From the UHGV virus genome UHGV-0384622: DNA of 43,937 bases. One strand, written 5' to 3'. Every line of letters starts with the position of its first letter. Within the stretch, counting starts at the first letter, position 1. The translations under genes were made by a program, and so were the position numbers. The DNA is from a virus. The notes beneath the pieces were generated by a model, which saw only the letters and a list, made by a program, of their open reading frames with translations, did no database searches and was not told where the DNA came from. Positions 18,476 to 26,427 of this stretch are shown here, piece after piece.

Positions 18476-19345
18476 CTACGCTCCCCCCGCGCTGATGCTT
18501 CCAACCACGATTCCATCAATTCGCTCTGCAAAAAGTTCAATTCCAGACACAACTGTATCTGATGCAGTCATATTGGTATAATCTGCCTCTTCATGAATTC
18601 CAATATATCCAGTTTCGTCAGAAGTGAACGAAAATGCTTCGTTTAAATCAGCTCCATTTACTGGGATATAATACAATACAATGTTGTCAGCAGCCGTTGC
18701 GTATATTTTTCCTTTCGGAACAGAACTATTAAAAAATACAGTTCCAAGACCCAGGAAGTTTTCCACATATGTCATACCAAATGCGGTCTGTAAAGTAATG
18801 TTTGCAGATGCAAGGTAATCTGCTATATCCAATGGGTTAAGAAAATAAACGGACTGGATTTCATCATCTTCAAAAAGCACTTGTAATTGTCCCCATGCCT
18901 GAGCAAGAGTTGCCTGAAAACTAGCACCAGTTGCTGTCCCTGTACCCGTTGCCAAAAAATCAAAGAAATCTTTTCGGATTCCTTTCTGAACATCTCTTAG
19001 CATCTCATCTGTGGTCATATCCACTGCCTGTTCATATCCTCGGTCGATAATGGCTTCGGCTGATGTTGCTTTTCTCCATTTATGCAGTGTGATTTCTTTG
19101 TATGTGACAGGCTCTGTTTTATACTTTGACAGTGGAATGGTGTCTCCTTCTGCCACTTCCCCATTTTCCAATGTTCCAGCCGCCTTATAAGATTTAAGGA
19201 CAGTACCGGCCTGTTTCGAAATCTTTCTTGTTACACCCAGTGCTTCCGTTAATTTTTTAAGGGAATAGCCAAACATATTGGTAAATTCGACTTCGCGCAC
19301 CTTGGCTAAGTCGGATTTTTTAATTAAATTTACTTCTGCTGCCAT
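18476..19345 (-). CDS. major capsid protein
   Basis: 289 aa immediately after the scaffold gene; called by size and position. Confidence 0.7.
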   Translation of the reverse strand: MAAEVNLIKKSDLAKVREVEFTNMFGYSLKKLTEALGVTRKISKQAGTVLKSYKAAGTLENGEVAEGDTIPLSKYKTEPVTYKEITLHKWRKATSAEAIIDRGYEQAVDMTTDEMLRDVQKGIRKDFFDFLATGTGTATGASFQATLAQAWGQLQVLFEDDEIQSVYFLNPLDIADYLASANITLQTAFGMTYVENFLGLGTVFFNSSVPKGKIYATAADNIVLYYIPVNGADLNEAFSFTSDETGYIGIHEEADYTNMTASDTVVSGIELFAERIDGIVVGSISAGGA

Positions 19346-19962
19346 TATTTATCTCCTTCAAATAAATGCATGTTTTGAGCTATGGCGGTGCGGCGTTCCC
19401 CCCGGTCCTTAATAGCCATAATCTCATCTTTACTCATGGTGCCAGAACTATTCGTTTTTTTAGGTGCAGTAAACCTCGCCATGTTCTGCTGTACCTGCTG
19501 CTGTGCACCATCAACAAAAGCCGAAGCATCTTTTTCTTTCATTTGAGACAAAAGGTCATTCAGCCCCAGAATTTTACCATCTTTCAGTTTTAAACCGGCC
19601 TCTTTTACTTCTGCCATAATTGCCCGCTTTGCTGCCTCACTGGAAAATTTAATCCCTTCAAATTCTGTCTTAAGCGCATCCGCGAAATCACGTTCATAAA
19701 GCTGTGCCTGGGCGTTCTTTTCGGCTTCTGTAGCTTTTTGTTTCCAGTCAGACAGTTCTTTCTGCATCGTCTCCAGGTCAACCCCTTCAAAGCCTTTCAG
19801 CGTTGTTTCTGCTGCTTCTGCTTTTTCTTTCCAGGTATCCCGTTCGGATGTAAGATTGTCATTTTCTTTCTGCAACTTTTTAAGGTCTTTTCCATTTTCA
19901 GCCATGACAAAAGATATCTGTTCCTCTGTTAATCCCTGTGCTTTTAATTCTTCGGTTTTCAT
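19345..19962 (-). CDS. scaffolding protein
   Basis: 205 aa, highly charged coiled-coil (E/K-rich); precedes the capsid gene. Confidence 0.65.
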   Translation of the reverse strand: MKTEELKAQGLTEEQISFVMAENGKDLKKLQKENDNLTSERDTWKEKAEAAETTLKGFEGVDLETMQKELSDWKQKATEAEKNAQAQLYERDFADALKTEFEGIKFSSEAAKRAIMAEVKEAGLKLKDGKILGLNDLLSQMKEKDASAFVDGAQQQVQQNMARFTAPKKTNSSGTMSKDEIMAIKDRGERRTAIAQNMHLFEGDK

Positions 19963-20166
19963 TGATGATTCTCCTTTTCCGTTATTAGGTTATTTGTAGG
20001 TGTGTAACCGTCCACCAACGGTTTGCCATTTTGTAGGACTTGGCGTGTCCCGAAACGCACATGCCGGAAATTGCATCCGCTTTTCAACCTCCAGGCCGTT
20101 TATGCTATGCATTAGGACCCGTTTCTATTAAGGACATGTGCAGTTGGAGGAGGTTCAAATACTAGA

Positions 20167-20226
20167 AAGAGCCACACAAACTACATTCTTGTAATCTGTA
20201 TGGCTCTGCGACTGGCGACTGGCTCT
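20167..20226 (-). promoter_or_regulatory. conserved structured element E2 (paralog of E1), overlapping the stop of the Cys_rich_KTR gene, upstream of the scaffold-capsid operon
   Basis: AGAGCCA(20167-20173)-27 nt loop-TGGCTCT(20201-20207) then GCGACTGGCGACTGGCTCT; same architecture as E1. Confidence 0.45.
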
Positions 20227-20395
20227 AATTAATGTTTTGCATTCTTTTTATTTCACTTCCGTATATATCCATTACAATTGTATTCCTACACTTTGGACAA
20301 AACACAGGTAAATTCTTGGCTTCGGTATCTTTTCTGATTTTTGTTCTTGTCTTATTACTGCATATGGGGCAGTATACCCAACCGTCTTTTACCAT
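20225..20395 (-). CDS. Cys_rich_KTR-type small zinc-ribbon protein
   Basis: VYCPICSNKTRTKIRKDTEAKNLPVFCPKCRN (CxxC...CxxC with a KTR motif); ATG at 20395 with RBS; the track ORF extends to a GTG at 20461. Confidence 0.55.
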   Translation of the reverse strand: MVKDGWVYCPICSNKTRTKIRKDTEAKNLPVFCPKCRNTIVMDIYGSEIKRMQNIN

Positions 20396-20476
20396 GTTTT
20401 CACCCTTTCTGTTTATTCTTACTCCCATTTTACCGTATTGGCCTAAAATAATCGTCCCCACATTTTAAATATACTG

Positions 20477-20505
20477 TTGACTTTACGCCAATATTGGCGT
20501 ATAAT
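20477..20505 (+). promoter_or_regulatory. strong sigma-A promoter TTGACT-17-TATAAT with a 14-bp perfect palindrome CGCCAATATTGGCG in the spacer (operator)
   Basis: TTGACT 20477-20482; TATAAT 20500-20505; palindrome 20486-20499. Confidence 0.6.
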
Positions 20506-20537
20506 ATAATTAGAAGTAAGGGAAGGGGATTAAAACA

Positions 20538-20867
20538 ATGACAGTGGCCGAATTAAAGGAAATGATTGCGAACAATAATGATTGGGATTCTTACGAAAAA
20601 TATGGTATCCGCATTCAAGAACAGGACTTTGAACTCGGAACTGTTGACCACAACTCAAAAGTCTGGGTTGATGGAGAGGAAACAGAAGAGGAACTTGATG
20701 GAATATGTGCCATTAATTTAAACTCTCCGGAAGCTGCTGGTGCGCTCAATGGTCGTGGATATTTTGGTTCCCACATAGCCCTACTTGCAAGTAACCGTTT
20801 TTCATATGGTCTTGATGCAGGAGAGGTAATATTAAAAGATGCAGAAGTATTATATATTATCAAATAG
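20538..20867 (+). CDS. hypothetical protein (cargo island, + strand)
   Basis: 109 aa ORF downstream of the promoter. Confidence 0.5.
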   Translation: MTVAELKEMIANNNDWDSYEKYGIRIQEQDFELGTVDHNSKVWVDGEETEEELDGICAINLNSPEAAGALNGRGYFGSHIALLASNRFSYGLDAGEVILKDAEVLYIIK

Positions 20868-20880
20868 GAGGTGTGAAAAA

Positions 20881-21159
20881 TTGAGAAGATATCCTGATTG
20901 CATAAGAACTGATGGACTATGCGGGGCCTGCTCCGCCTCCAGTCGTGGCAGGGATTGCCACAACAACAAAATAAACAAGCTGTTATATCAACGCTCTTTG
21001 GCGGAGATGACCCAACAGCAGGTAGCGGATGCCGCCAAAATAAATATCCGTCAGATTCAGAAGTTTGAATCTGGAGAAGGGGATCTTGGCAACATGACCC
21101 TGCGCAATGCTCTGGCTCTGGCAAAAGCCCTTGACTGCGATGTTGATGATTTTTTGTAA
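20881..21159 (+). CDS. Cys-rich N-terminal segment fused to an XRE-type HTH (putative regulator of the island)
   Basis: AGGAGG 9 nt before TTG at 20881 (alternative ATG at 20839); CIRTDGLCGACSASSRGRDC followed by the HTH MTQQQVADAAKINIRQIQKFESGE. Confidence 0.5.
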   Translation: MRRYPDCIRTDGLCGACSASSRGRDCHNNKINKLLYQRSLAEMTQQQVADAAKINIRQIQKFESGEGDLGNMTLRNALALAKALDCDVDDFL

Positions 21160-21194
21160 CAAATACTTACTCAGGAAATTTGGAGGATAATATT

Positions 21195-21527
21195 ATGGAG
21201 AAATATGATATTTTTAAATCAGAGGGCGGTTATAGAGTATGTTTGGCCACATATGGAGATGACCCTATCATTGACAGGTGTCCGTGGTGTAAAACTTTGG
21301 CTGACGCAAAAGCTGTTGCTAGAGATGCTAAGTTTGACAATGAGACAAGACAATATGGGGTATTTAATGGTGAGGGCTGGATGGCAAGCCTCCCGTCTAA
21401 CGATTACGAAACAGATTATTATAAGTTTGGCTCGCGAGATGAGGCGGTAAAAGCAGTAATATCAGCAATGGAAAAGCTGGGATACACCCGTGAATACATT
21501 CTGTATCGCAGGAAAGATTTATTATAA
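21195..21527 (+). CDS. hypothetical protein
   Basis: GGAGGA RBS 8 nt before ATG at 21195. Confidence 0.45.
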   Translation: MEKYDIFKSEGGYRVCLATYGDDPIIDRCPWCKTLADAKAVARDAKFDNETRQYGVFNGEGWMASLPSNDYETDYYKFGSRDEAVKAVISAMEKLGYTREYILYRRKDLL

Positions 21528-21569
21528 AAAAATATCGCCTTCTCAATATGAGTTGGCGATATTTTTTTG
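21526..21569. terminator. bidirectional rho-independent terminator
   Basis: A-tract, stem ATATCGCC/GGCGATAT (21532-21539 / 21555-21562), T7 tract. Confidence 0.7.
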
Positions 21570-21716
21570 ATAAAAACGAATAACCTAATATTTCAATCCA
21601 CACCGCTCAGATTGGAGAGCGGTGACCAGTATCAACCCCATCTGCTGATACCTTATAGTTAAATAATATATCCTATTCCCTTATTTGTCAAGACACTATT
21701 TGGTTATACATCTTCA

Positions 21717-21745
21717 AAAGGCGGTGAAATTATTCCCACCGCCAA
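21717..21745 (-). terminator. rho-independent terminator for the - strand gene ending at 21750
   Basis: GGCGGTG/CACCGCC stem (21721-21727 / 21738-21744) followed on the - strand by UUUU. Confidence 0.55.
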
Positions 21746-21749
21746 TACG

Positions 21750-22295
21750 TTACATCATATTACGTAACTTTTCGATATATCTTTTCATGGTTTCCCGTTC
21801 TTCACGGCAATCCGCATCTTTAGACATTTCGCCTAATTCTTCCGTGAGAGCATCCATGTGTTCCTCCAGCGCGGAAAGCATACGCCGTTTGCAATCTTCA
21901 TCTTTTCCACCGGATCGGTAACTTTGCTTCTGATTTATATAGTCATCATACGCAGCCGGACCAGTTGCACGGCTGTAATGACCTCTGACATAATGCTTTC
22001 CTCTGGTACCGCGATAAGAGCTGTCATTATCGTAGTCTGGAGACATACGTCCATCAGCGCGACTATAGCGTCCCATACTATCACGCTTGCGGCGTGCTTC
22101 GCTGTACTCTCCACCATCCATTTCATCCATTACCTGGTTGTAGTACTCTTCCTTGCATTTCCAGTACTCTACATTCTCCATGTCTTTCCACATGTCAATC
22201 AATTTATATGCGGTTTCAAGGTTGTTGGTATTCAGGCCCTTTTCCGCAATCTTATCCAGTTCTTCGTGGATATTCTGCATTAACTTATAACTCAT
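21750..22295 (-). CDS. hypothetical protein, Tyr/Arg/Asp-rich low-complexity middle region (cargo)
   Basis: 181 aa ORF with its own terminator. Confidence 0.45.
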   Translation of the reverse strand: MSYKLMQNIHEELDKIAEKGLNTNNLETAYKLIDMWKDMENVEYWKCKEEYYNQVMDEMDGGEYSEARRKRDSMGRYSRADGRMSPDYDNDSSYRGTRGKHYVRGHYSRATGPAAYDDYINQKQSYRSGGKDEDCKRRMLSALEEHMDALTEELGEMSKDADCREERETMKRYIEKLRNMM

Positions 22296-22307
22296 AGCCT
22301 TACCTCC

Positions 22308-22706
22308 TTAACCTATTCTGCTAACTACAAGGTTAGCGTCTGTTACCGTTGCTGCTGCGGTTCCAACGTTTTTCACTGAGAGCGTAGCGCAACATGGCTT
22401 ACATACTCGCACTTCTACAGTTGCTGCACCATTGATTGTTGCTCCAGCTGCGACTGTATTCTGGATTCTTGCTCCTGGAATACCTTCTCCGTCCTGCTGC
22501 ACTTCAAAGATAACATCACCTGCGGCAGCTGCGGAAAAGTTTCCGTTAAATCCTACACGGTACAGGCCAGGAAGCAACACCACTCTACCAGAAAGTGGCT
22601 CATGCCTTATGTTTGGGCAATTGCAAGAATATACCCGGTTTGCTGCAAACAGTACACTTCCATTAACTTCAACAGTTTGTGTGCCAGCAGTTACAAAATC
22701 TGCCAT
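22308..22706 (-). CDS. hypothetical protein with a BclA-C-terminal-like (C1q/TNF-like) pattern
   Basis: LPGLYRVGFNGNFSAAAAGDVIFEVQQDG..IPGA....VAAGATING resembles the exosporium BclA C-terminal domain pattern. Confidence 0.35.
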   Translation of the reverse strand: MADFVTAGTQTVEVNGSVLFAANRVYSCNCPNIRHEPLSGRVVLLPGLYRVGFNGNFSAAAAGDVIFEVQQDGEGIPGARIQNTVAAGATINGAATVEVRVCKPCCATLSVKNVGTAAATVTDANLVVSRIG

Positions 22707-22771
22707 AATAAATCCTCCTTAAATGTGCAGAAGGGCAAGCCTATGCCTACCCTTCCACATGTGTAATACTA

Positions 22772-22981
22772 CTATTCAGTAGACATGTCCTTTTCGGACA
22801 AGATACGCAATATACGGTTGTTTTGGTCGATAATCTTTTCCATGTATTCTTTGTTTTGCTGTTGCAATGCCTCCATAATATCATTATTAGAAGCTTCTCC
22901 CAAAAGCAAAAACACATCAATCATTTGTAATGCTGCTGCATATAAGGCAAGATTATCATAAAACTGTTCGTTTCGGTTTAG
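22772..22981 (-). CDS. hypothetical protein
   Basis: ATG overlaps the upstream stop (ATGCTAA). Confidence 0.35.
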   Translation of the reverse strand, partial: LNRNEQFYDNLALYAAALQMIDVFLLLGEASNNDIMEALQQQNKEYMEKIIDQNNRILRILSEKDMSTE

Positions 22982-23205
22982 CATCCACATCCAGCATTGC
23001 ATCCACAATTAGATGCATATGGATATGGCGCCGGAACCGTATAAGCCGGTACAGGCTGTGGCTGACGAAGCTGTGCAACGATGGTGTTGCCAACTGCATC
23101 AATAAAGCCGTTCTGGGCTGTCTGGCTTGCCTGGAACCTAAGGGTCTGATTCTCTGCCTGGAGGCTGGAGTCCCGCTCCATTTGCACCGTTGCCGCCGAA
23201 GCCAT
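22978..23205 (-). CDS. hypothetical protein, Pro/Tyr-rich with C-terminal CGCNAGCGC
   Basis: GGGGAGG RBS before ATG at 23205 (MASAATVQ). Confidence 0.3.
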   Translation of the reverse strand: MASAATVQMERDSSLQAENQTLRFQASQTAQNGFIDAVGNTIVAQLRQPQPVPAYTVPAPYPYASNCGCNAGCGC

Positions 23206-23338
23206 TGCCCCAGCCTCCCCCGGCGAACAGGAAGAGAACGATAATCCAAATCCAATCGCCCCACATACCATCACCATTTCTGTTATTTCCGTTTCCTGTA
23301 GCGGCAGCAATGTCCGCTAAAGAGTAACCACTTTCCAT
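23138..23338 (-). CDS. Gly-rich tiny-TM protein (YjcZ-like sporulation-associated family pattern)
   Basis: GDGMWGDWIWIIVLFLFAGGGWGNGFGGNG: a hydrophobic core flanked by Gly/aromatic residues. Confidence 0.35.
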   Translation of the reverse strand: MESGYSLADIAAATGNGNNRNGDGMWGDWIWIIVLFLFAGGGWGNGFGGNGANGAGLQPPGRESDP

Positions 23339-23392
23339 AAAATTTACTCCTTTTAAAATATATTTACAAAATCATGCGCATTGATTTATGTA

Positions 23393-23641
23393 CTATTTTT
23401 TCATGCCTCCAAGCATCTGCTGAAACTGCTGGGCCATCTGTTGCGCCTGGTCTAATTGCTGCTGAGTTATTTGACCAGACTGTAGCATTTTCTGTACTTC
23501 TTCCTGAGGGTTTCCCCTAAAATTGTTTTTAAACTCCATGAATTTCTGTATCATTTGCATGGGGTTGTTTCCCCCACCAATTCCAGGCATCATTCCACCC
23601 ATTGGTGAGCTACCGCCCAACATATTAAATAATGGATTCAT
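23393..23641 (-). CDS. hypothetical Gly/Met/Gln-rich protein
   Basis: 82 aa ORF. Confidence 0.4.
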   Translation of the reverse strand: MNPLFNMLGGSSPMGGMMPGIGGGNNPMQMIQKFMEFKNNFRGNPQEEVQKMLQSGQITQQQLDQAQQMAQQFQQMLGGMKK

Positions 23642-23645
23642 ATAT

Positions 23646-24116
23646 CTATTTCCCCTTTCCTGTTGGCGCCGTACTGGTTTCTAAAAGTCCATATAATTCC
23701 TCGTATTTTGCTTTTAAATCCTGGTACTCATTTCGTGTTACATACTTATCATCCAGATTATCCGCTGGAACAGATTCCTTTTTCTGCCCATTGACAATCT
23801 CTTTATATTCAAAAGTGCGGAGTGTTGGCATTCCTGCTGCATCGGTTGTCTTAATATAAAAATATTCGTTCTCGCTGTCCATCAACAATATGGATGTGCT
23901 AGGTGCTACTAAATAAGACTTTGCACCTGCCTCTCCCTGTACCCATAATATTCCCTGATTGGTTTGTGGGACTTGTGGTACTTGTGTCTGCTGCGGCATC
24001 TGGTATGGTGCCTGTAGCTGTTGCAAACGATCCATAGGTGGTTGCATCTGCGGCTGATACGGGTATGCGTTTGGATATGCATTCAGGTAGTTTGGATTGA
24101 TAAATGGTTGCGGCAT
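23646..24116 (-). CDS. hypothetical protein with Pro/Gln/Tyr-rich N-terminus and a compact C-terminal domain
   Basis: 156 aa ORF. Confidence 0.45.
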   Translation of the reverse strand: MPQPFINPNYLNAYPNAYPYQPQMQPPMDRLQQLQAPYQMPQQTQVPQVPQTNQGILWVQGEAGAKSYLVAPSTSILLMDSENEYFYIKTTDAAGMPTLRTFEYKEIVNGQKKESVPADNLDDKYVTRNEYQDLKAKYEELYGLLETSTAPTGKGK

Positions 24117-24208
24117 TATATCCCCTCCGTTCTTTTATATCCCAATTATCCCATAAAAAATAAGCCCTTGACAGGTCGTCAAAGACTTATAAAAGTATCA
24201 TGCAAGTA

Positions 24209-24409
24209 TCAGCATACTCTGATTATTTTATTATTGACTTTTCGGCTTAATCTTTTCGCCGTGGACACACTGACATTCATTTTTTCTGCACATTGTTCCA
24301 GCGGCATGTTCTGTGAACGTAATTCAAAAAGCTGCCGTTCATCATTTGTGAAATTGCAGTATGTACGGAAATAGTTTAACTCTGGCACCGTAAAGTCATA
24401 TACTTTCAA
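24209..24409 (-). CDS. small sigma-70 region-4-like HTH regulator (Tn916 Orf7-like / late activator-like)
   Basis: ELNYFRTYCNFT..ERQLFELR...EQCAEKMNVSVSTAKRLSRKV. Confidence 0.5.
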   Translation of the reverse strand: MKVYDFTVPELNYFRTYCNFTNDERQLFELRSQNMPLEQCAEKMNVSVSTAKRLSRKVNNKIIRVC

Positions 24410-24420
24410 AGCAACGCTCC

Positions 24421-24714
24421 TTAAATACCTTCTGACAAATGCTTTATCATAGCATCTTTGGTTTTTTTTAAACCCTCAATATTGTTACCGGTTATACGAT
24501 TATCAATTAATGCTATCATTCCCTGGCATAAAAGAGATTGCATATCTCTTATTTCTTGGATAGATTTATAATCCTTTTCCACATTTATTTCTAATTTATC
24601 CACTCTGTTTTTTAGCTTAAATGCCGGGTGAAACAATTTATATATTACGGTTCCTGCGCCTCCAAGAGTAATAAGCCAACCACATACAACCATAATAGAG
24701 TTTAATGTTTCCAT
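24421..24714 (-). CDS. hypothetical N-terminally membrane-anchored protein
   Basis: TM segment IMVVCGWLITLGGAGTVIYKLF. Confidence 0.4.
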   Translation of the reverse strand: METLNSIMVVCGWLITLGGAGTVIYKLFHPAFKLKNRVDKLEINVEKDYKSIQEIRDMQSLLCQGMIALIDNRITGNNIEGLKKTKDAMIKHLSEGI

Positions 24715-24717
24715 AAG

Positions 24718-25101
24718 TTATCGCCTTTCCCAGTAGTATATTGGTATCTCCTGCCCGCTGTCCCATGTGTCCCAGTAAAATCCGTCTACAACCGTTACCA
24801 CATGACCATCAAGCCCAAGAACAAACACTCCGTTCTGGTGGTCTGCCGCAAATTCTTCCACAGTATAATCTTCTGGATATTCGTTTGGTATAATGTTTCT
24901 CCGAAACCCGTTGCGCCTGAGATATGTCCCCCACACGCTGTTAGCTGACGGCATATCTGATTTCTCGCACGCCACCACCATAACACCAGCAAAGACGGTT
25001 TCCCAATCCTGTCCGGTTGCTTTGCAGATTGCACGTATGGCACAGTCGCCTACACGCTGATTACGGACTGGGTTAGGGTTATATGGTTTCCATCTATTCA
25101 A
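24718..25101 (-). CDS. hypothetical protein (possible Cys-peptidase-like motif GDCAIRAI)
   Basis: 127 aa ORF. Confidence 0.4.
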   Translation of the reverse strand: MNRWKPYNPNPVRNQRVGDCAIRAICKATGQDWETVFAGVMVVACEKSDMPSANSVWGTYLRRNGFRRNIIPNEYPEDYTVEEFAADHQNGVFVLGLDGHVVTVVDGFYWDTWDSGQEIPIYYWERR

Positions 25102-26321
25102 ATTAATTCCCCTTTCGCATTTTGATACCGCCTTGCCGCCCCTCTGGCCTTTGCGGCCTGTTCACGGCTCCAGCGGGCAATCTGTAACCGTTCCTGCTGG
25201 GTGCGTAAGTCATTCGCTTTGCAAAATTCGTTGTATGCTTTATTCTTCCGCTGTAACAGATACGACTTTCGGTCAAGGTCAAGCTGCATTTCAAATTTAA
25301 CTGATTCGTCCTTGCATTTATCCACGGCCTCTTGCATCCCAATGACTTCGCGTTTGGTCTTTCTGATGCGCCGTTCAAGCGTTCTCTGTCGCTTCTCCAG
25401 CTGCTCAACCTTGTAATTGTCTGCGGTTTGGATGTCTTTGTATGGATTGTTTACCCCATCACCGCTTCCGAAGGAGTGACGGCAGTTCCATCCACATAAC
25501 CCTTCACCTGTTCCGTATCCAGTATGGGAAAATGGAGGAAAGCGCTTATCCTTTCCAGTCCTGCTGTAAAACTGCCCTTGCCACCATAAATGATTGCCCG
25601 GATTCTGTCCCCCATCCCCGGTTCTGGCCCCGATGTGCGCCGACACCAGTATGATATCCCAGTCCATTTCTTCCATACGCTTAATAGAGATATCGCCTGT
25701 AGCCTGGGCTACTCCAGTACGTACTGCACGCGCCGTAGCAGTTTCTATGGTGTCTTTATGGCCCGAAGGATAGTGTACTATCACTCCGCCCGATACCACA
25801 TTATTAACTGCCTCTTTGACAGCCTGTGTGTACGATACAGCCCCAGAAGATACAAGGTGGTATGCATTATCACATTCGTTTATAAAAAGCCTTTGTGCAG
25901 CTTCTGCTGTGGTCCTAGTATAGTTTTCCCACTCTCCCATTGTTGCATCCATGTTTCGTTCCATCAGTCGGATAAGCTGCGGAGATTGAGTAAGAGGAAT
26001 TGGAGATAAACCAGCAGCTTCATATATTTTATGGTCATATTCCAGGGCCTTGACTCCCGCTTCTTCCATTGCGGACTTGATTTCTTTTTCCTGCCGATTA
26101 GTGACTTTGGATAATTCTGCCGTTATGTCCTCCAGCAGATATCCTGCATCCTGCAATATCTGTATGCGCCATCGGTCAGAGGAGGTGAGCAGGTAATCAT
26201 CACCGCGGCCTATGCGTATCATCATGCGGTCTATTATCTGACGGATAATGTATGTATGGAGCTGTGAGGCTATTTCTTCGCTTCCTTCTGCGATTCTTGC
26301 AAGGTACTCAGGGCTTAACAT
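25098..26321 (-). CDS. minor head / head morphogenesis protein (SPP1 gp7-like)
   Basis: 407 aa directly downstream of the portal; Arg/Lys-rich C-terminal tail. Confidence 0.6.
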   Translation of the reverse strand: MLSPEYLARIAEGSEEIASQLHTYIIRQIIDRMMIRIGRGDDYLLTSSDRWRIQILQDAGYLLEDITAELSKVTNRQEKEIKSAMEEAGVKALEYDHKIYEAAGLSPIPLTQSPQLIRLMERNMDATMGEWENYTRTTAEAAQRLFINECDNAYHLVSSGAVSYTQAVKEAVNNVVSGGVIVHYPSGHKDTIETATARAVRTGVAQATGDISIKRMEEMDWDIILVSAHIGARTGDGGQNPGNHLWWQGQFYSRTGKDKRFPPFSHTGYGTGEGLCGWNCRHSFGSGDGVNNPYKDIQTADNYKVEQLEKRQRTLERRIRKTKREVIGMQEAVDKCKDESVKFEMQLDLDRKSYLLQRKNKAYNEFCKANDLRTQQERLQIARWSREQAAKARGAARRYQNAKGELI

Positions 26322-26426
26322 TTACTCTTCCTTCTTTCCCTTATGTCCAATTGTCCATTCAAGCACTTTCGGGGCAAATGAACCAAGTGGTATATTGAAT
26401 ACTATCCAAATTAATAAGCTTCTCAA
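26322..26426 (-). CDS. possible 34-aa hydrophobic peptide between the portal and minor head genes
   Basis: GGAGG 6 nt before TTG; MRSLLIWIVFNIPLGSFAPKVLEWTIGHKGKKEE; its stop abuts the next ATG. Confidence 0.25.
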   Translation of the reverse strand: MRSLLIWIVFNIPLGSFAPKVLEWTIGHKGKKEE

Positions 26427-26427
26427 T

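Noticed and set aside
20130-20160. GGTTCAAAT T-loop-like motif suggesting a tRNA
   Set aside because: There is no flanking T-stem, acceptor stem or anticodon arm. It is an isolated motif.
21601-21624. CACCGCTC-n8-GAGCGGTG perfect hairpin as a terminator
   Set aside because: No U-tract follows on either strand. It is noted only as a possible operator or structure downstream of the + island terminator.
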